In this document: piece after piece, positions 28,077 to 37,078 of the stretch
Layout of the letters: each line of letters starts with the position of its first letter
Numbering within the stretch: position 1 is the first letter of the stretch
DNA from: an uncultured Lachnospiraceae bacterium
GTDB lineage: Bacteria; Bacillota; Clostridia; Oscillospirales; CAG-272
DNA length: 64,000 nt
Assembly (NCBI GenBank): GCA_964463325.1
Contig: CAYXBY010000001.1
Span: forward strand, 14,791 to 78,790
Direction of reading: 5' to 3'
Made by a program: the position numbers and the translations under genes
Notes under the pieces: generated by a model
What the model saw: only the letters and a program-made list of their open reading frames with translations
What the model was told of the DNA's origin: nothing
Databases searched by the model: none

Positions 28077-28445
28077 TTAAAGTACTTCGGGAGCCAGAGA
28101 AAGGATCTTAAGATAGTTCTTCTCACGAAGCTCTCTTGCAACCGGCCCAAATATACGGGTTCCGGTAGGATTCTGGTCTTCCTTTATGATTACCGCAGAG
28201 TTTTCGTCAAACTTGATGTAAGAACCGTCGGCACGCTTGATGCCGTGTCTGCTTCTTACGATAACAGCTTTGACTACCTGACCCTTTTTCACCACGCCGC
28301 CGGGTGCTGCCTTCTTAACGGTAGCTACCACAACGTCACCGATGTTTGCGTAACGGCGATCAGTACCGCCGAGGACGCGAATGCACATCAGCTCTTTTGC
28401 ACCGGTGTTATCGGCAACCTTCATCATTGACTGCTGCTGTATCAC
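28077..28445 (-). CDS. rplN: 50S ribosomal protein L14 (uL14)
   Basis: 122 aa starting [18 protein letters not shown]. Confidence 0.97.
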   Translation of the reverse strand: MIQQQSMMKVADNTGAKELMCIRVLGGTDRRYANIGDVVVATVKKAAPGGVVKKGQVVKAVIVRSRHGIKRADGSYIKFDENSAVIIKEDQNPTGTRIFGPVARELREKNYLKILSLAPEVL

Positions 28446-28503
28446 TTGTGTTTTCCTCCTGATTCAATACGATATTGACGTATCTACTTTGTGTGTGGAT
28501 AGA

Positions 28504-28761
28504 TTATTTAGCTTTTTCGATGATCTCGACAACGCGCCATCTCTTTGTCTTGGAAAGCGGTCTTGTCTCCATGATCTCGACCTTATCGCCGATGCCGCAG
28601 GCGTTGTTCTCGTCATTGGCATGGACCTTAAGGGTGCGCTTGATGATCTTGCCGTAAATGGGGTGTCTTACATTGTCCTCGATAGCGACGGTGACGGTCT
28701 TATCCATCTTGTCGCTGACAACGAGACCGACACGGGTCTTTCTGAGATTTCTTTCTTCCAT
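28504..28761 (-). CDS. rpsQ: 30S ribosomal protein S17 (uS17)
   Basis: 85 aa containing [19 protein letters not shown]. Confidence 0.97.
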   Translation of the reverse strand: MEERNLRKTRVGLVVSDKMDKTVTVAIEDNVRHPIYGKIIKRTLKVHANDENNACGIGDKVEIMETRPLSKTKRWRVVEIIEKAK

Positions 28762-28773
28762 GACCTGTCCTCC

Positions 28774-28965
28774 TTATGCGTCCTTCTTTTCAGAAAGGAT
28801 GGTCATTACGCGCGCGATGTCACGCTTGACCTCGGGAATACGATTAGTGTTTTCAAGCTGATTAATCGCAAGCTGGAAACGGAGGTTGAACAGCTCAGTC
28901 TTGAGCTCCTTAAGCTTTGCGTTGAGCTCATCAACGGATAATTCTCTTATTTCATTGATCTTCAC
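28774..28965 (-). CDS. rpmC: 50S ribosomal protein L29 (uL29)
   Basis: 63 aa containing [19 protein letters not shown]. Confidence 0.96.
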   Translation of the reverse strand: MKINEIRELSVDELNAKLKELKTELFNLRFQLAINQLENTNRIPEVKRDIARVMTILSEKKDA

Positions 28966-28968
28966 AGC

Positions 28969-29385
28969 TTATGCCTCCTGTTCCTTAACCATGAACTTGG
29001 TCTTAATAGGCAGCTTGTGGCCGGCAAGACGCATAGCCTCGCGAGCTACAGCCTCATCAACGCCGTCCATCTCAAACAGCACTCTGCCCGGCTTGACCAC
29101 GGCCACCCAGTACTCAGGCGAGCCCTTACCGGAACCCATTCGGGTCTCAGCAGGCTTCTCGGTGATGGGCTTGTCGGGGAATATTTTGATCCAGACGTTA
29201 CCGCCACGCTTGATGTAACGTGTCATTGCGATACGTGCTGCTTCTATCTGATTGCTGGTGATCCACGCCGGCTCCAGAGCGACAAGACCGAAACGGCCGT
29301 TGCTCAGGGTGTTGCCGCGAGTGGCCTTACCCTTAAGTCTGCCGCGCTGCACGCGACGGAACTTAACTCTCTTAGGCATTAACAT
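28969..29385 (-). CDS. rplP: 50S ribosomal protein L16 (uL16)
   Basis: 138 aa starting [16 protein letters not shown]. Confidence 0.97.
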   Translation of the reverse strand: MLMPKRVKFRRVQRGRLKGKATRGNTLSNGRFGLVALEPAWITSNQIEAARIAMTRYIKRGGNVWIKIFPDKPITEKPAETRMGSGKGSPEYWVAVVKPGRVLFEMDGVDEAVAREAMRLAGHKLPIKTKFMVKEQEA

Positions 29386-29387
29386 TT

Positions 29388-30167
29388 TTACTTCTTGCCT
29401 CCTTCTCTCGGAGCTCTCTCGGAGCGTGCGCCGTCATGCGGAGGTCTGCGGTCGCCGCGGTTGTCTCTGCGGTCGCGGTTGTCTCTGCGATCTCTGCGAT
29501 CACGGTTATCTCTGGGGTTGTAGCCCTGTCTGTTTACATCGTTGAGAACCTCGCCGATGTAGATCCAGACCTTGATACCGATCTTACCGTAGGTAGTGTT
29601 TGCCTCCCAGAAGCCGTAGTCGATGTCGGCTCTCAGCGTCTGCAGCGGGATGGTACCCTCATGGTAATGCTCGGTGCGAGCGATCTCGGCGCCGCCAAGA
29701 CGTCCGCCGCAGGATATCTTGATACCCTTAGCGCCCAGACGCATGGTGTTGCGGATCGCCATCTTCATAGCGCGGCGGAAGGAGATACGTCTCTCGAGCT
29801 GAGAGGCGATGTTCTCTGCAACCAGCTGTGCATTCAGATCGGGCTGTCTGACCTCGACGATGTCGAGTCTGACCTCCTTGCCCAGCATGCCCTTAAGAAT
29901 TTCCTTGTACTTTTCCTTCTCAGCACCGCCGTGACCAATGATCATACCGGGCTTTGCGCAGTAGATGGTGATCTTGACCTGCTTCGAGGTACGCTCGATA
30001 TCGATCTTAGGCACGCCTGCGTTCTTGAAGGTTTCCTTGAGGAATTTTCTGATGTTGTAATCGGAGACGATGGTATCGCCGAATTCCTTGTCCTCGACAA
30101 ACCATCTGGAGCTCCAATCCTTGATTACGCCCACACGGAGACCGTGGGGATTAACTTTCTGTCCCAT
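29388..30167 (-). CDS. rpsC: 30S ribosomal protein S3 (uS3) with an Arg/Asp-rich C-terminal tail
   Basis: 259 aa with the KH and S3-C domains, followed by a roughly 40-aa tail [27 protein letters not shown]... Confidence 0.96.
   Translation of the reverse strand: MGQKVNPHGLRVGVIKDWSSRWFVEDKEFGDTIVSDYNIRKFLKETFKNAGVPKIDIERTSKQVKITIYCAKPGMIIGHGGAEKEKYKEILKGMLGKEVRLDIVEVRQPDLNAQLVAENIASQLERRISFRRAMKMAIRNTMRLGAKGIKISCGGRLGGAEIARTEHYHEGTIPLQTLRADIDYGFWEANTTYGKIGIKVWIYIGEVLNDVNRQGYNPRDNRDRRDRRDNRDRRDNRGDRRPPHDGARSERAPREGGKK
29452..29516 (-). repeat. Imperfect in-frame tandem repeat inside the rpsC 3' end
   Basis: The plus strand reads GTCGCCGCGGTTGTCTCTGCG / GTCGCGGTTGTCTCTGCG / ATCTCTGCG / ATCACGGTTATCTCTGG, which encodes the RDNRDRR repeats. 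Confidence 0.8.
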
Positions 30168-30182
30168 TCAGCTTTACCCTCC

Positions 30183-30524
30183 TTATGCTCTTTCCTTGAC
30201 AGCTATTGTCACGTGGCAGGTTCTTCTCAGGATCCTGTCAGCGCTACCCTTACCGCGGGGGTTGGTGCGCTTGTTATACTTCATATGTCCCTGACATACG
30301 AAGCACTCGGAGACATAGAGCTTGGATGTGTCCATATGAAAATTGTGTTCAGCGTTTGCAACAGCGCTTCCCAGCAGCTTGACCAGATAGGGCGAGGAGC
30401 CCTTGGGGGTGTTCTTAAGGATCGCCATAGCGACACCCGCGTCCTTACCTCTGATGAGGTCGAGAACGAACTTGACCTTGCGCGGGGAAAGTCTGGCATC
30501 ACGAAGATATGCTTTTGCTTCCAT
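30183..30524 (-). CDS. rplV: 50S ribosomal protein L22 (uL22)
   Basis: I trimmed to the ATG at 30524 (MEAKAYLRDARLSPRKV), giving 113 aa. The start lies downstream of the rpsS stop. Confidence 0.95.
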   Translation of the reverse strand: MEAKAYLRDARLSPRKVKFVLDLIRGKDAGVAMAILKNTPKGSSPYLVKLLGSAVANAEHNFHMDTSKLYVSECFVCQGHMKYNKRTNPRGKGSADRILRRTCHVTIAVKERA

Positions 30525-30547
30525 TTTGATGTTTTCCTCCCTTTGCA

Positions 30548-30829
30548 TTACTTACCGTTGTTGGATGTCTTGGAGCCGGCGTGACCCTTAAAGGTGCGCG
30601 TAGGTGCAAACTCACCCAGCTTGTGGCCGACCATATCCTCAGTCACATAGACCGGGATGTGCTTCCTACCATCGTGAACCGCGATCGTGTGACCGACAAA
30701 TTCCGGGAATATGGTAGATGCGCGGGACCAGGTCTTGAGGACCTTCTTCTCATTCTTCTCATTCATGGCGCAAATGCGGGCGTAGAGCTTAGCTTCTACG
30801 AAAGGCGCCTTTTTAAGACTTCTGCTCAT
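30548..30829 (-). CDS. rpsS: 30S ribosomal protein S19 (uS19)
   Basis: 93 aa starting [11 protein letters not shown] and containing HDGRKH. Confidence 0.97.
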   Translation of the reverse strand: MSRSLKKAPFVEAKLYARICAMNEKNEKKVLKTWSRASTIFPEFVGHTIAVHDGRKHIPVYVTEDMVGHKLGEFAPTRTFKGHAGSKTSNNGK

Positions 30830-30843
30830 TCTACATTCCCTCC

Positions 30844-31674
30844 TTATTTAGCGTTTCTGCGTTTCACGATGAATTTGTTGGTTCTTGCCTTCTTGTTTCT
30901 GGTCTTATAACCCAGAGCAGGCTTGCCCCAAGGAGTCAGCGGGCCGGGATGACCGACAGGAGACTTACCTTCACCACCACCGTGAGGGTGGTCGCAGGGG
31001 TTCATGACAGAACCGCGGACAGTCGGACGGAAGCCCTTATGACGGGTCTTACCAGCCTTACCGACCTTGACAGTGTCATGCTCGATATTGCCAACCTGGC
31101 CTATAGTGGCCTTGCAATCCAGGCGAACGATTCTGACCTCGCCGGAGGGCAGTCTGACCTGAGCGGAGCCGTTTTCCTTAGCGATGAGCTGAGCGAAAAC
31201 GCCTGCGGAGCGAGCCAGCTGAGCGCCCTTGCCGGGGTAGAGCTCGATGTTGTGGATCATAGTACCAACAGGAATGTTGGCAACCGGCAGCGTATTGCCG
31301 GGCTTGATGTCTGCGTCAGCGCCGGAGTATACCTTGTCGCCGTCGGTCAGACCGAGGGGAGCAATGATGTAGCTTCTGTCGCCGGCCTCATTCTCAAGCA
31401 GAGCAATGTAAGCGGAGCGGTTGGGGTCGTACTCGACACCGATAACAGTAGCGGGAGAGGTGTTCTGACGCTTGAAATCGATAATTCTGTACTTGGTCTT
31501 GTTTCCGCCGCCTCTGTGACGGACGGTGATGCGGCCATAGCTGTTGCGGCCGGCATGCTTCTTCTTGATGACAGTCAGCGACTTCTCAGGAGTAAACTTT
31601 GTGATCTCCTCGAAGGTCGGAACAGTCATATTTCTTCTCGCCGGGGTAGTCGGCTTATACTTAATTGTAGGCAT
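30844..31674 (-). CDS. rplB: 50S ribosomal protein L2 (uL2)
   Basis: 276 aa containing [15 protein letters not shown] and [13 protein letters not shown]. Confidence 0.97.
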   Translation of the reverse strand: MPTIKYKPTTPARRNMTVPTFEEITKFTPEKSLTVIKKKHAGRNSYGRITVRHRGGGNKTKYRIIDFKRQNTSPATVIGVEYDPNRSAYIALLENEAGDRSYIIAPLGLTDGDKVYSGADADIKPGNTLPVANIPVGTMIHNIELYPGKGAQLARSAGVFAQLIAKENGSAQVRLPSGEVRIVRLDCKATIGQVGNIEHDTVKVGKAGKTRHKGFRPTVRGSVMNPCDHPHGGGEGKSPVGHPGPLTPWGKPALGYKTRNKKARTNKFIVKRRNAK

Positions 31675-31693
31675 TCTGCTTCAACCTCCCCTA

Positions 31694-32116
31694 TCAGTTC
31701 ATACCTTCGAAGAACTCGATGGTGTTAGACTCAGCGGTGAGCGTAACGATCGCTTTCTTCCAGGCAGAGGTGTAACCATGATGAACGCCCATGCTCTTGG
31801 GCTTTCTCTTCATGTTGATGACGTTGACGTCCTTGACTGTGACATTGAACAGCTCCTCGACCGCTGCGGCGATCTCGGGCTTGGTAGCCTTCTTGTCAAC
31901 CTTGAAGACATACTTCTTGCAGACAGCAGCGGGAGCGAGGGGCTCACGCACGGTCTTGCCAGCCTTCTCGGCGCGGGCGACCTTGTTCTTATATCTGTCG
32001 GACTTCATAACGTCCTTGGGGTCCTTGCGTACCTTGTTCTTTTCGCCGGACATCTGAGCGAAGCTCTCCTCGGAAATGACGGGAGCAAGGATAATGTCCT
32101 GTGCCAATCTACTCAT
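31694..32116 (-). CDS. rplW: 50S ribosomal protein L23 (uL23) with a roughly 40-aa basic insertion
   Basis: 140 aa against the usual roughly 95. The conserved blocks DIILAPVISEES and KKYVFKVDKKATKPEI...VNV are separated by NKVRKDPKDVMKSDRYKNKVARAEKAGKTVREPLAPAAVC. Confidence 0.93.
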   Translation of the reverse strand: MSRLAQDIILAPVISEESFAQMSGEKNKVRKDPKDVMKSDRYKNKVARAEKAGKTVREPLAPAAVCKKYVFKVDKKATKPEIAAAVEELFNVTVKDVNVINMKRKPKSMGVHHGYTSAWKKAIVTLTAESNTIEFFEGMN

Positions 32117-32739
32117 TACGCATATACCTCCTCGAGCATTGTGACCGCTTCCTTAGCAATGATGAGCTTGTCAGCATTGAGGATATCGTACACATTGATG
32201 GTGTTGTAGAGCGCGGTCTTTACGCCGGCTATGTTAGCGCAGGACTTGATGACCTTGGCATCGATAGCGGGCAGAACTACGAGAGCCTTTCTGTCGGAGC
32301 CGACTGCATTCAGCATATTGACCATGGTCTTGGTGCTGTAGCCGTCGCACTTGATCTCGTCGATGACGATGAGGTCACCGCCGGCGACCTTAGCGGACAG
32401 TGCGCTGTAGAGCGCAACTCTCTTGGTCTTCTTGTTCATGCCGGTGCGGTAGCTTCTGGGCTTGGGGCCGAGTGCTACGCCGCCGTGTGTCCACTGAGGT
32501 GAACGGGTCGAGCCCTGACGAGCTCTGCCGCTGCCCTTCTGTCTCCAGGGCTTCTTGCCGCCGCCGGATACCTCACCGCGGGTGAGGGTGGACTGAGTTC
32601 CCTGTCTCTGATTGAGCAGGTAAGCTCTTACTGCGGCATGGAGAACTGCTTCATTTACTTCCGCGCCGAATATGACATCGGACAGCGTGATCTCGCCGAC
32701 ATTCTTGCCGGACATGTCCATTACATTTACGTTTGGCAT
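32116..32739 (-). CDS. rplD: 50S ribosomal protein L4 (uL4)
   Basis: 207 aa containing SGGGKKPWRQKGSGRARQGS. Confidence 0.97.
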   Translation of the reverse strand: MPNVNVMDMSGKNVGEITLSDVIFGAEVNEAVLHAAVRAYLLNQRQGTQSTLTRGEVSGGGKKPWRQKGSGRARQGSTRSPQWTHGGVALGPKPRSYRTGMNKKTKRVALYSALSAKVAGGDLIVIDEIKCDGYSTKTMVNMLNAVGSDRKALVVLPAIDAKVIKSCANIAGVKTALYNTINVYDILNADKLIIAKEAVTMLEEVYA

Positions 32740-32759
32740 TGTTCTTCCTCCTTACCGCA

Positions 32760-33392
32760 TTATGCTTTGACCGAGTCGCGGATGAACACTATGCCGTCCT
32801 TGGCACCGGGAACGGCGCCCTTGATGGCGATGAGGTTGTTCTCTGCATCGATCTTCACAACTTTAAGATTGAGTATGGTGACCTGCTCGTTACCGTACTG
32901 ACCGGCCATCTTCTTGTTCTTGAAGATACGAGAAGGGCTGGAGTTAGCGCCCATAGAACCGGGCTGACGATGTACAGGGCCCACACCGTGGGTCATTCTC
33001 AGCTTGTGGCAGTTCCAACGCTTAACAACGCCGGTATAGCCGCGGCCCTTTGTGATCCCGGTGACGTCGACCTTATCGCCAGTGGCGAAGGTATCGACAG
33101 AGATCGTGTCGCCTACGTTATAGCCGGAGCAGTCGTCAAGACGGAACTCCTTGAGGTGCTTCTTCACAGCGACGCCTGCCGCAGTGAAATGACCAATCTC
33201 GGGCTTGTTAAGGTGCTTTTCCTTAACGTCCATAAACCCGAGCTGAAGCGCGTCGTAGCCTTCCTTTTCGGTGGTCTTCTTCTGTGCGACTACGCACGGA
33301 CCCGCTTCGATGACAGTTACCGGAATGACATTACCCTTCTCATCGAAGATCTGAGTCATTCCCAGCTTTTTGCCGATGATTGCCTTTTTCAA
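32760..33392 (-). CDS. rplC: 50S ribosomal protein L3 (uL3)
   Basis: 210 aa starting [16 protein letters not shown]. Confidence 0.97.
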   Translation of the reverse strand: MKKAIIGKKLGMTQIFDEKGNVIPVTVIEAGPCVVAQKKTTEKEGYDALQLGFMDVKEKHLNKPEIGHFTAAGVAVKKHLKEFRLDDCSGYNVGDTISVDTFATGDKVDVTGITKGRGYTGVVKRWNCHKLRMTHGVGPVHRQPGSMGANSSPSRIFKNKKMAGQYGNEQVTILNLKVVKIDAENNLIAIKGAVPGAKDGIVFIRDSVKA

Positions 33393-33515
33393 TTTTTCCT
33401 CCTGTAGGTTATTGGTTGACGCTGTGGATTTCCCTTTCGGGCTACGCCAACATGACCGACAATGCCGCCTTGCGGCAGCGTGGTTGGTTTTGCAGGATGA
33501 TCGCGATGCTTGATA

Positions 33516-33827
33516 TTACAGCTTTATCTCGATCTCAACTCCTGCGGGAAGTTCAATGTTCATCAGGTCCTCGACAAGCTTCTTCGAGGGTCTGATGATG
33601 TCTATCAGTCTCTTGTGGGTGCGATATTCGAACTGCTCGCGGCTGTCCTTATTCACGTGCACCGAGCGGAGAATAGTGATTATCTCCTTGTCAGTGGGGA
33701 GCGGAATGGGACCGGAAACAGTAGCGCCCTGTCTCTTTGCTACCTCGACGATCTTCTGCGCCGCGGTATCGATCAGCGTGTGATCGTAGCTCTTGAGACG
33801 GATTCTGATCTTCTCATTGGCTGCCAT
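33516..33827 (-). CDS. rpsJ: 30S ribosomal protein S10 (uS10)
   Basis: I trimmed to the ATG at 33827 ([16 protein letters not shown]), giving 103 aa. An AGGAGG SD lies 7 nt upstream. Confidence 0.96.
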   Translation of the reverse strand: MAANEKIRIRLKSYDHTLIDTAAQKIVEVAKRQGATVSGPIPLPTDKEIITILRSVHVNKDSREQFEYRTHKRLIDIIRPSKKLVEDLMNIELPAGVEIEIKL

Positions 33828-33960
33828 TTTTGTGCCTCCTTCTTGAATTTTGCTGCCTCGGGACGCCTTATTATAGTAATGAAGCGTTTGCCGGGACACG
33901 TTTCGGAAATTGGCTTAAATTCCTTCCAACACGTCGCCGTGTGTTTCTTCGCCTGACCTA

Positions 33961-34007
33961 TAAAAAACCGAACTTGCGCACACTCAGCATTGCGTGACAA
34001 GATTCGG
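33961..34007 (-). terminator. Intrinsic terminator inside the S10-operon 5' leader (candidate attenuator)
   Basis: On the minus strand, CCGAA-CTTG-CGCA ... TGCG-CAAG-TTCGG forms 13 bp with two bulges and is followed by TTTTTTA. It lies 134 nt upstream of the rpsJ ATG and about 137 nt downstream of the predicted TSS. Confidence 0.6.
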
Positions 34008-34150
34008 GGTAGGCGAGACACCAACGACACGGACAGTGGGTCAACTATCCGGCGCTCTCAGAATTATTGCCGCCCGATTTTCGGACATACTCCATGGAAA
34101 TTCCCTGCTTTCGCAGCAACCTTCCACTTCTTCGCATATCAAGCCTTCAT

Positions 34151-34179
34151 ATTATACCACTATTCGGTCAATATTTCAA
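34151..34179 (-). promoter_or_regulatory. Near-consensus sigma-A promoter of the S10 operon
   Basis: On the minus strand: TTGAAA (34179-34174), 17-nt spacer ending in TGG (extended -10), TATAAT (34156-34151). Confidence 0.65.
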
Positions 34180-34379
34180 GCCCTTTGGCAGCAACTTGCT
34201 TTCGTCATAACGCAGATTTATTCGCGAATATCAGACGCCGCATTGTTCATAATAGACAAAAATGCGTCATTATCATTCAAAACCGCACTTTTTCGCTGCC
34301 GGGCGCAGGCAAGTTTACAATTTGTTCACAATTTTGAGTTATAATTAGTATGTATAAATGTATTTTGAGAGGTTTTTAC

Positions 34380-35210
34380 ATGCAGGATCAAAATAATAAG
34401 CTGAAAATTTACCTGTTTTCAGGCTTCACGCTGTCGGGCATAATGGCAGTTCTATACGTTTTGTGCTTTTTGCTATCATTTGACCGCTCCATTGGCTATT
34501 TTGACGTTTCGCCGCTGACTACTGTGCTGCATTCGCTGCTGGCGCTGACGGTGCTTTGGGTGGCATCTATGCTGCTGCTTATTCCCCGCAACGGACTAAC
34601 CGTACAAGCGCATCCGCTCAGCCGCAGCAGCCACGTATTATTGTACATTTTGACCGCCGCATTTATCATTTCAACATATTTGCAAATACAGCTGATAACC
34701 ACGTCGTCTCTGTCCATCTTTATTTCAATTCTTGGCGGCGTCAGCGCAGCCTACACCTGCTGCACCGCTATGGAACACGGTCCGCGTCCCCAGCAGCGCT
34801 CGCTGCTGGGCTATGGCGTTATCGTGTGGTGCTTCCTCACCATCGTTGACGCATATTTTAACCGCTATGTCGCCATGAACGGCCCGCTTAAGGTGCTACT
34901 GATGTTCAGCATGGTATTTTTGATGCTGTTCCAGCTTTACGATGTTGGGTTCACGGTTGGCCGCGGGCGGCCGAGACTGTACGCAGCTTTCGGGCTGCTC
35001 AATGTGCTGCTGTCGCTGTCGTTCGCGCTCTCATACTTTGTCTGCCTGATTGGCGGGCTTCAAAGGGTACCTGAATTTTTGCCGGCGGCGATAGTGACGC
35101 CGGTCTACGCGGTCTATTCTGTGTCGCGACTGCTTGATCTATCCAAGGCTGCACCGTGCAGTGACACAGCCGAGCAAAGCGTACCTCCCGCCGACGAGGC
35201 CGCAGAGTAA
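34380..35210 (+). CDS. Polytopic membrane protein, unknown function
   Basis: The track ORF begins at 34350. The ATG at 34380 has the better SD (GAGAGG, 7-nt spacing). The product is 276 aa with about 7-8 hydrophobic segments, and I recognise no family. Confidence 0.6.
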   Translation: MQDQNNKLKIYLFSGFTLSGIMAVLYVLCFLLSFDRSIGYFDVSPLTTVLHSLLALTVLWVASMLLLIPRNGLTVQAHPLSRSSHVLLYILTAAFIISTYLQIQLITTSSLSIFISILGGVSAAYTCCTAMEHGPRPQQRSLLGYGVIVWCFLTIVDAYFNRYVAMNGPLKVLLMFSMVFLMLFQLYDVGFTVGRGRPRLYAAFGLLNVLLSLSFALSYFVCLIGGLQRVPEFLPAAIVTPVYAVYSVSRLLDLSKAAPCSDTAEQSVPPADEAAE

Positions 35211-35249
35211 GCGCAGCAGACTATATATAATAAAAGGAAGGAAAAAATC

Positions 35250-35801
35250 ATGTCAGCCAACCAGCGAGTACAGTGGTTCCACCGAAAGGTGGCGGAAATG
35301 AGCTACCCAAACGCCAAGCGACTGTCCGAGCGCTTCAAGATATCACACCGCCAAGCGCAGCGCGACGTTGATTTTTTACAGCAGCAATTAAAAGCGCCTC
35401 TCGCATACGACCACAAGCGGCGCGGTTATTACTACACTGAGGATTTTGCGCTTCCTATCGCGCTGACTACTGCAAACAGCGAGGATTACAACGGCGTTGT
35501 CGCCAATTCCATCGAATTCGCGCCGGAAACGCAGGCCGACAGCACAGTCATTCAGCTTCAGCTGCCCTACTCGGCGCAGATCCGAGTGGCGGATCGCCTT
35601 ACCGCGGTCGAGCTGGGAGGCTACATCACCGAGCGCACCGGCGATATGATCTATCGCTGCGAATTTCACAGCATCGAAAAATTCATGAGCGTGATAATGT
35701 CGCTCGAGGCGGACATCACCATCCTCTCACCCGACTGGCTGCGGGCGCGGCTGGTTCGCTCCGCCGAGCGCATTTTGCGCAACAATTCAGAAAATTCATA
35801 A
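35250..35801 (+). CDS. YafY-family-like transcriptional regulator (HTH plus WCX-like C-terminus, no clear WYL core)
   Basis: 183 aa. The N-terminal HTH (YPNAKRLSERFKISHRQAQRDVDFL...YDHKRRGYYY) and the C-terminal ITILSPDWLRARLVRSAERIL resemble YafY/PafBC-type regulators. An AAGGAAGGA SD is present, and the gene is co-oriented with the membrane protein. Confidence 0.6.
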   Translation: MSANQRVQWFHRKVAEMSYPNAKRLSERFKISHRQAQRDVDFLQQQLKAPLAYDHKRRGYYYTEDFALPIALTTANSEDYNGVVANSIEFAPETQADSTVIQLQLPYSAQIRVADRLTAVELGGYITERTGDMIYRCEFHSIEKFMSVIMSLEADITILSPDWLRARLVRSAERILRNNSENS

Positions 35802-35828
35802 TTTTTCATACTTTTTTTCAAAAAGCTA

Positions 35829-35857
35829 TTGACATTTCGGCAGAGATGTGGTATCAT
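35829..35857 (+). promoter_or_regulatory. Sigma-A promoter of rplJL
   Basis: TTGACA (35829-35834), 17-nt spacer ending in TGG, TATCAT (35852-35857). Confidence 0.65.
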
Positions 35858-35863
35858 TCATCT

Positions 35864-36031
35864 GTTATCCAAAGACAGCAGGTTCCCGTAAAGGCCACAA
35901 GCTCTCCTGCCGAGGATGTGTTAATAGCATACTTCGCGTTCGCGCGGCTGTTATCCTTCTCTTGGGGTCTTGTGTCTTCCGGGAGAAGGATATATTTATT
36001 TTCCGTATTTCACATTGGGAGGTGAAACACA
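35864..36031 (+). promoter_or_regulatory. Ribosomal protein L10 leader (autoregulatory 5' UTR of rplJL)
   Basis: A structured UTR of about 170 nt lies directly upstream of rplJ (UUAUCCAAAGACAGCAGG...CCUGCCGAGGAUG helix) and ends in a terminator-like hairpin. Position and architecture match the Firmicute L10 leader. Confidence 0.6.
35954..36002 (+). terminator. Attenuator terminator within the L10 leader
   Basis: TCCTTCTC/GAGAAGGA stem, extended by GG/CC pairs, followed by TATATTTATTTT. It lies 30 nt before the rplJ ATG. Confidence 0.55.
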
Positions 36032-36559
36032 ATGCCTAGTAATGCAATTCTTGAGCAAAAGAAGCAGATCGTGGCGGACCTTGCTGAAAAGATCAAGGCT
36101 TCCCCCGCCGGCGTTCTGGTCAATTATCAGGGAATCACCGTGGCTGACGACACCGCAATGCGTAAGGCTCTTCGTGAGGCCGGCGTGACCTATGTGGTCA
36201 TGAAGAACTCGCTGACCGGTCGTGCATGCGATGAGGTCGGATACGGCGCTATGAAGGAGCATCTTGAGGGCATGACCGCTATCGCTATCAGCGCTAACGA
36301 TCCTATTGCCCCGGCTAAGATACTCAAGCCCTACGCTGAGAAGATCGAGTCCTTTAAGATCCTCGCGGGTTACCTCGAGGGCGAGGTCATCGATGAGAAG
36401 ACCGTTGTCGCTCTTGCGGACATCCCTTCAAAGGAGGTTCTGGTCGCCAAGTTCCTTGGAAGCATCCAGTCTCCTCTTTACAAGCTCGCATACGCCCTCA
36501 AGGCTGTCGCCGACAAGATGGGCGAGGATGGCGAGCAGGCCGCTCCGGCAGAGGCTTAA
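36032..36559 (+). CDS. rplJ: 50S ribosomal protein L10 (uL10)
   Basis: 175 aa with the typical uL10 sequence. A GGGAGGTG SD is present. Confidence 0.96.
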   Translation: MPSNAILEQKKQIVADLAEKIKASPAGVLVNYQGITVADDTAMRKALREAGVTYVVMKNSLTGRACDEVGYGAMKEHLEGMTAIAISANDPIAPAKILKPYAEKIESFKILAGYLEGEVIDEKTVVALADIPSKEVLVAKFLGSIQSPLYKLAYALKAVADKMGEDGEQAAPAEA

Positions 36560-36632
36560 TCAGCCGGATTTCATCAAATGCGGCTGACATGTCCGCATAA
36601 ACAACTTATTTATTTATCGGAGGTATTTCAAA

Positions 36633-37010
36633 ATGGCATCTGAGAAGATTACAGCTATTGTTGAGGCCGTTAAGGGCCTTTCCATTCTTGAGCTCTCTGA
36701 GCTCGTTAAGGCAGTTGAGGAGGAGTTTGGCGTATCCGCTGCTGCTCCTGTTGCTGTCGGCGGCGCTGCTGCTGCAGCTGCTCCCGCTGCTGAGGAGAAG
36801 ACCGAGTTCGACGTTGTTCTCGCTTCCTTCGGCGCTAGCAAGCTGAATGTTATCAAGGTCGTCCGTGAGATCACAGGTCTGGGTCTGAAGGACGCTAAGG
36901 AACTGGTTGAGGGCGCTCCCAAGACCATCAAGGAAGGCGTTTCCAAGGATGAGGCTGAGTCCATCAAGAATCAGCTCACCGAGGCTGGCGCAACCGTTGA
37001 GGTTAAGTAA
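36633..37010 (+). CDS. rplL: 50S ribosomal protein L7/L12 (bL12)
   Basis: 125 aa with an Ala-rich hinge and the C-terminal domain [23 protein letters not shown]. Confidence 0.97.
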   Translation: MASEKITAIVEAVKGLSILELSELVKAVEEEFGVSAAAPVAVGGAAAAAAPAAEEKTEFDVVLASFGASKLNVIKVVREITGLGLKDAKELVEGAPKTIKEGVSKDEAESIKNQLTEAGATVEVK

Positions 37011-37043
37011 GTCCAAACTCGTTTCAAAATCCTGTCTGTACAG

Positions 37044-37078
37044 GAGACCGGCACCACGCGGTGCCGGTCTCTTTGTTT
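37044..37078 (+). terminator. rplJL terminator
   Basis: GAGACCGGCAC/GTGCCGGTCTC stem followed by TTTGTTT. It overlaps the stop of the convergent ATPase gene. Confidence 0.8.

Noticed and set aside
33961-34144. I considered whether the ~180-nt RNA predicted from the S10 promoter to the internal terminator is a known housekeeping RNA (6S, SRP/4.5S, RNase P or tmRNA).
   Set aside because: The 5' and 3' ends are not complementary as they would be in 6S RNA. There is no SRP domain IV motif, no RNase P GAGGAAAGUCC-type motif and no tRNA-like end. I kept it as an unclassified leader or sRNA candidate instead.
35250-35801. I considered whether the WYL/YafY-like regulator marks a phage-defence island (BrxR/CapW-type).
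   Set aside because: No nuclease, ATPase, methyltransferase or other defence-type genes are adjacent. Its neighbours are ribosomal operons and one membrane protein, and the protein lacks a clear WYL domain.
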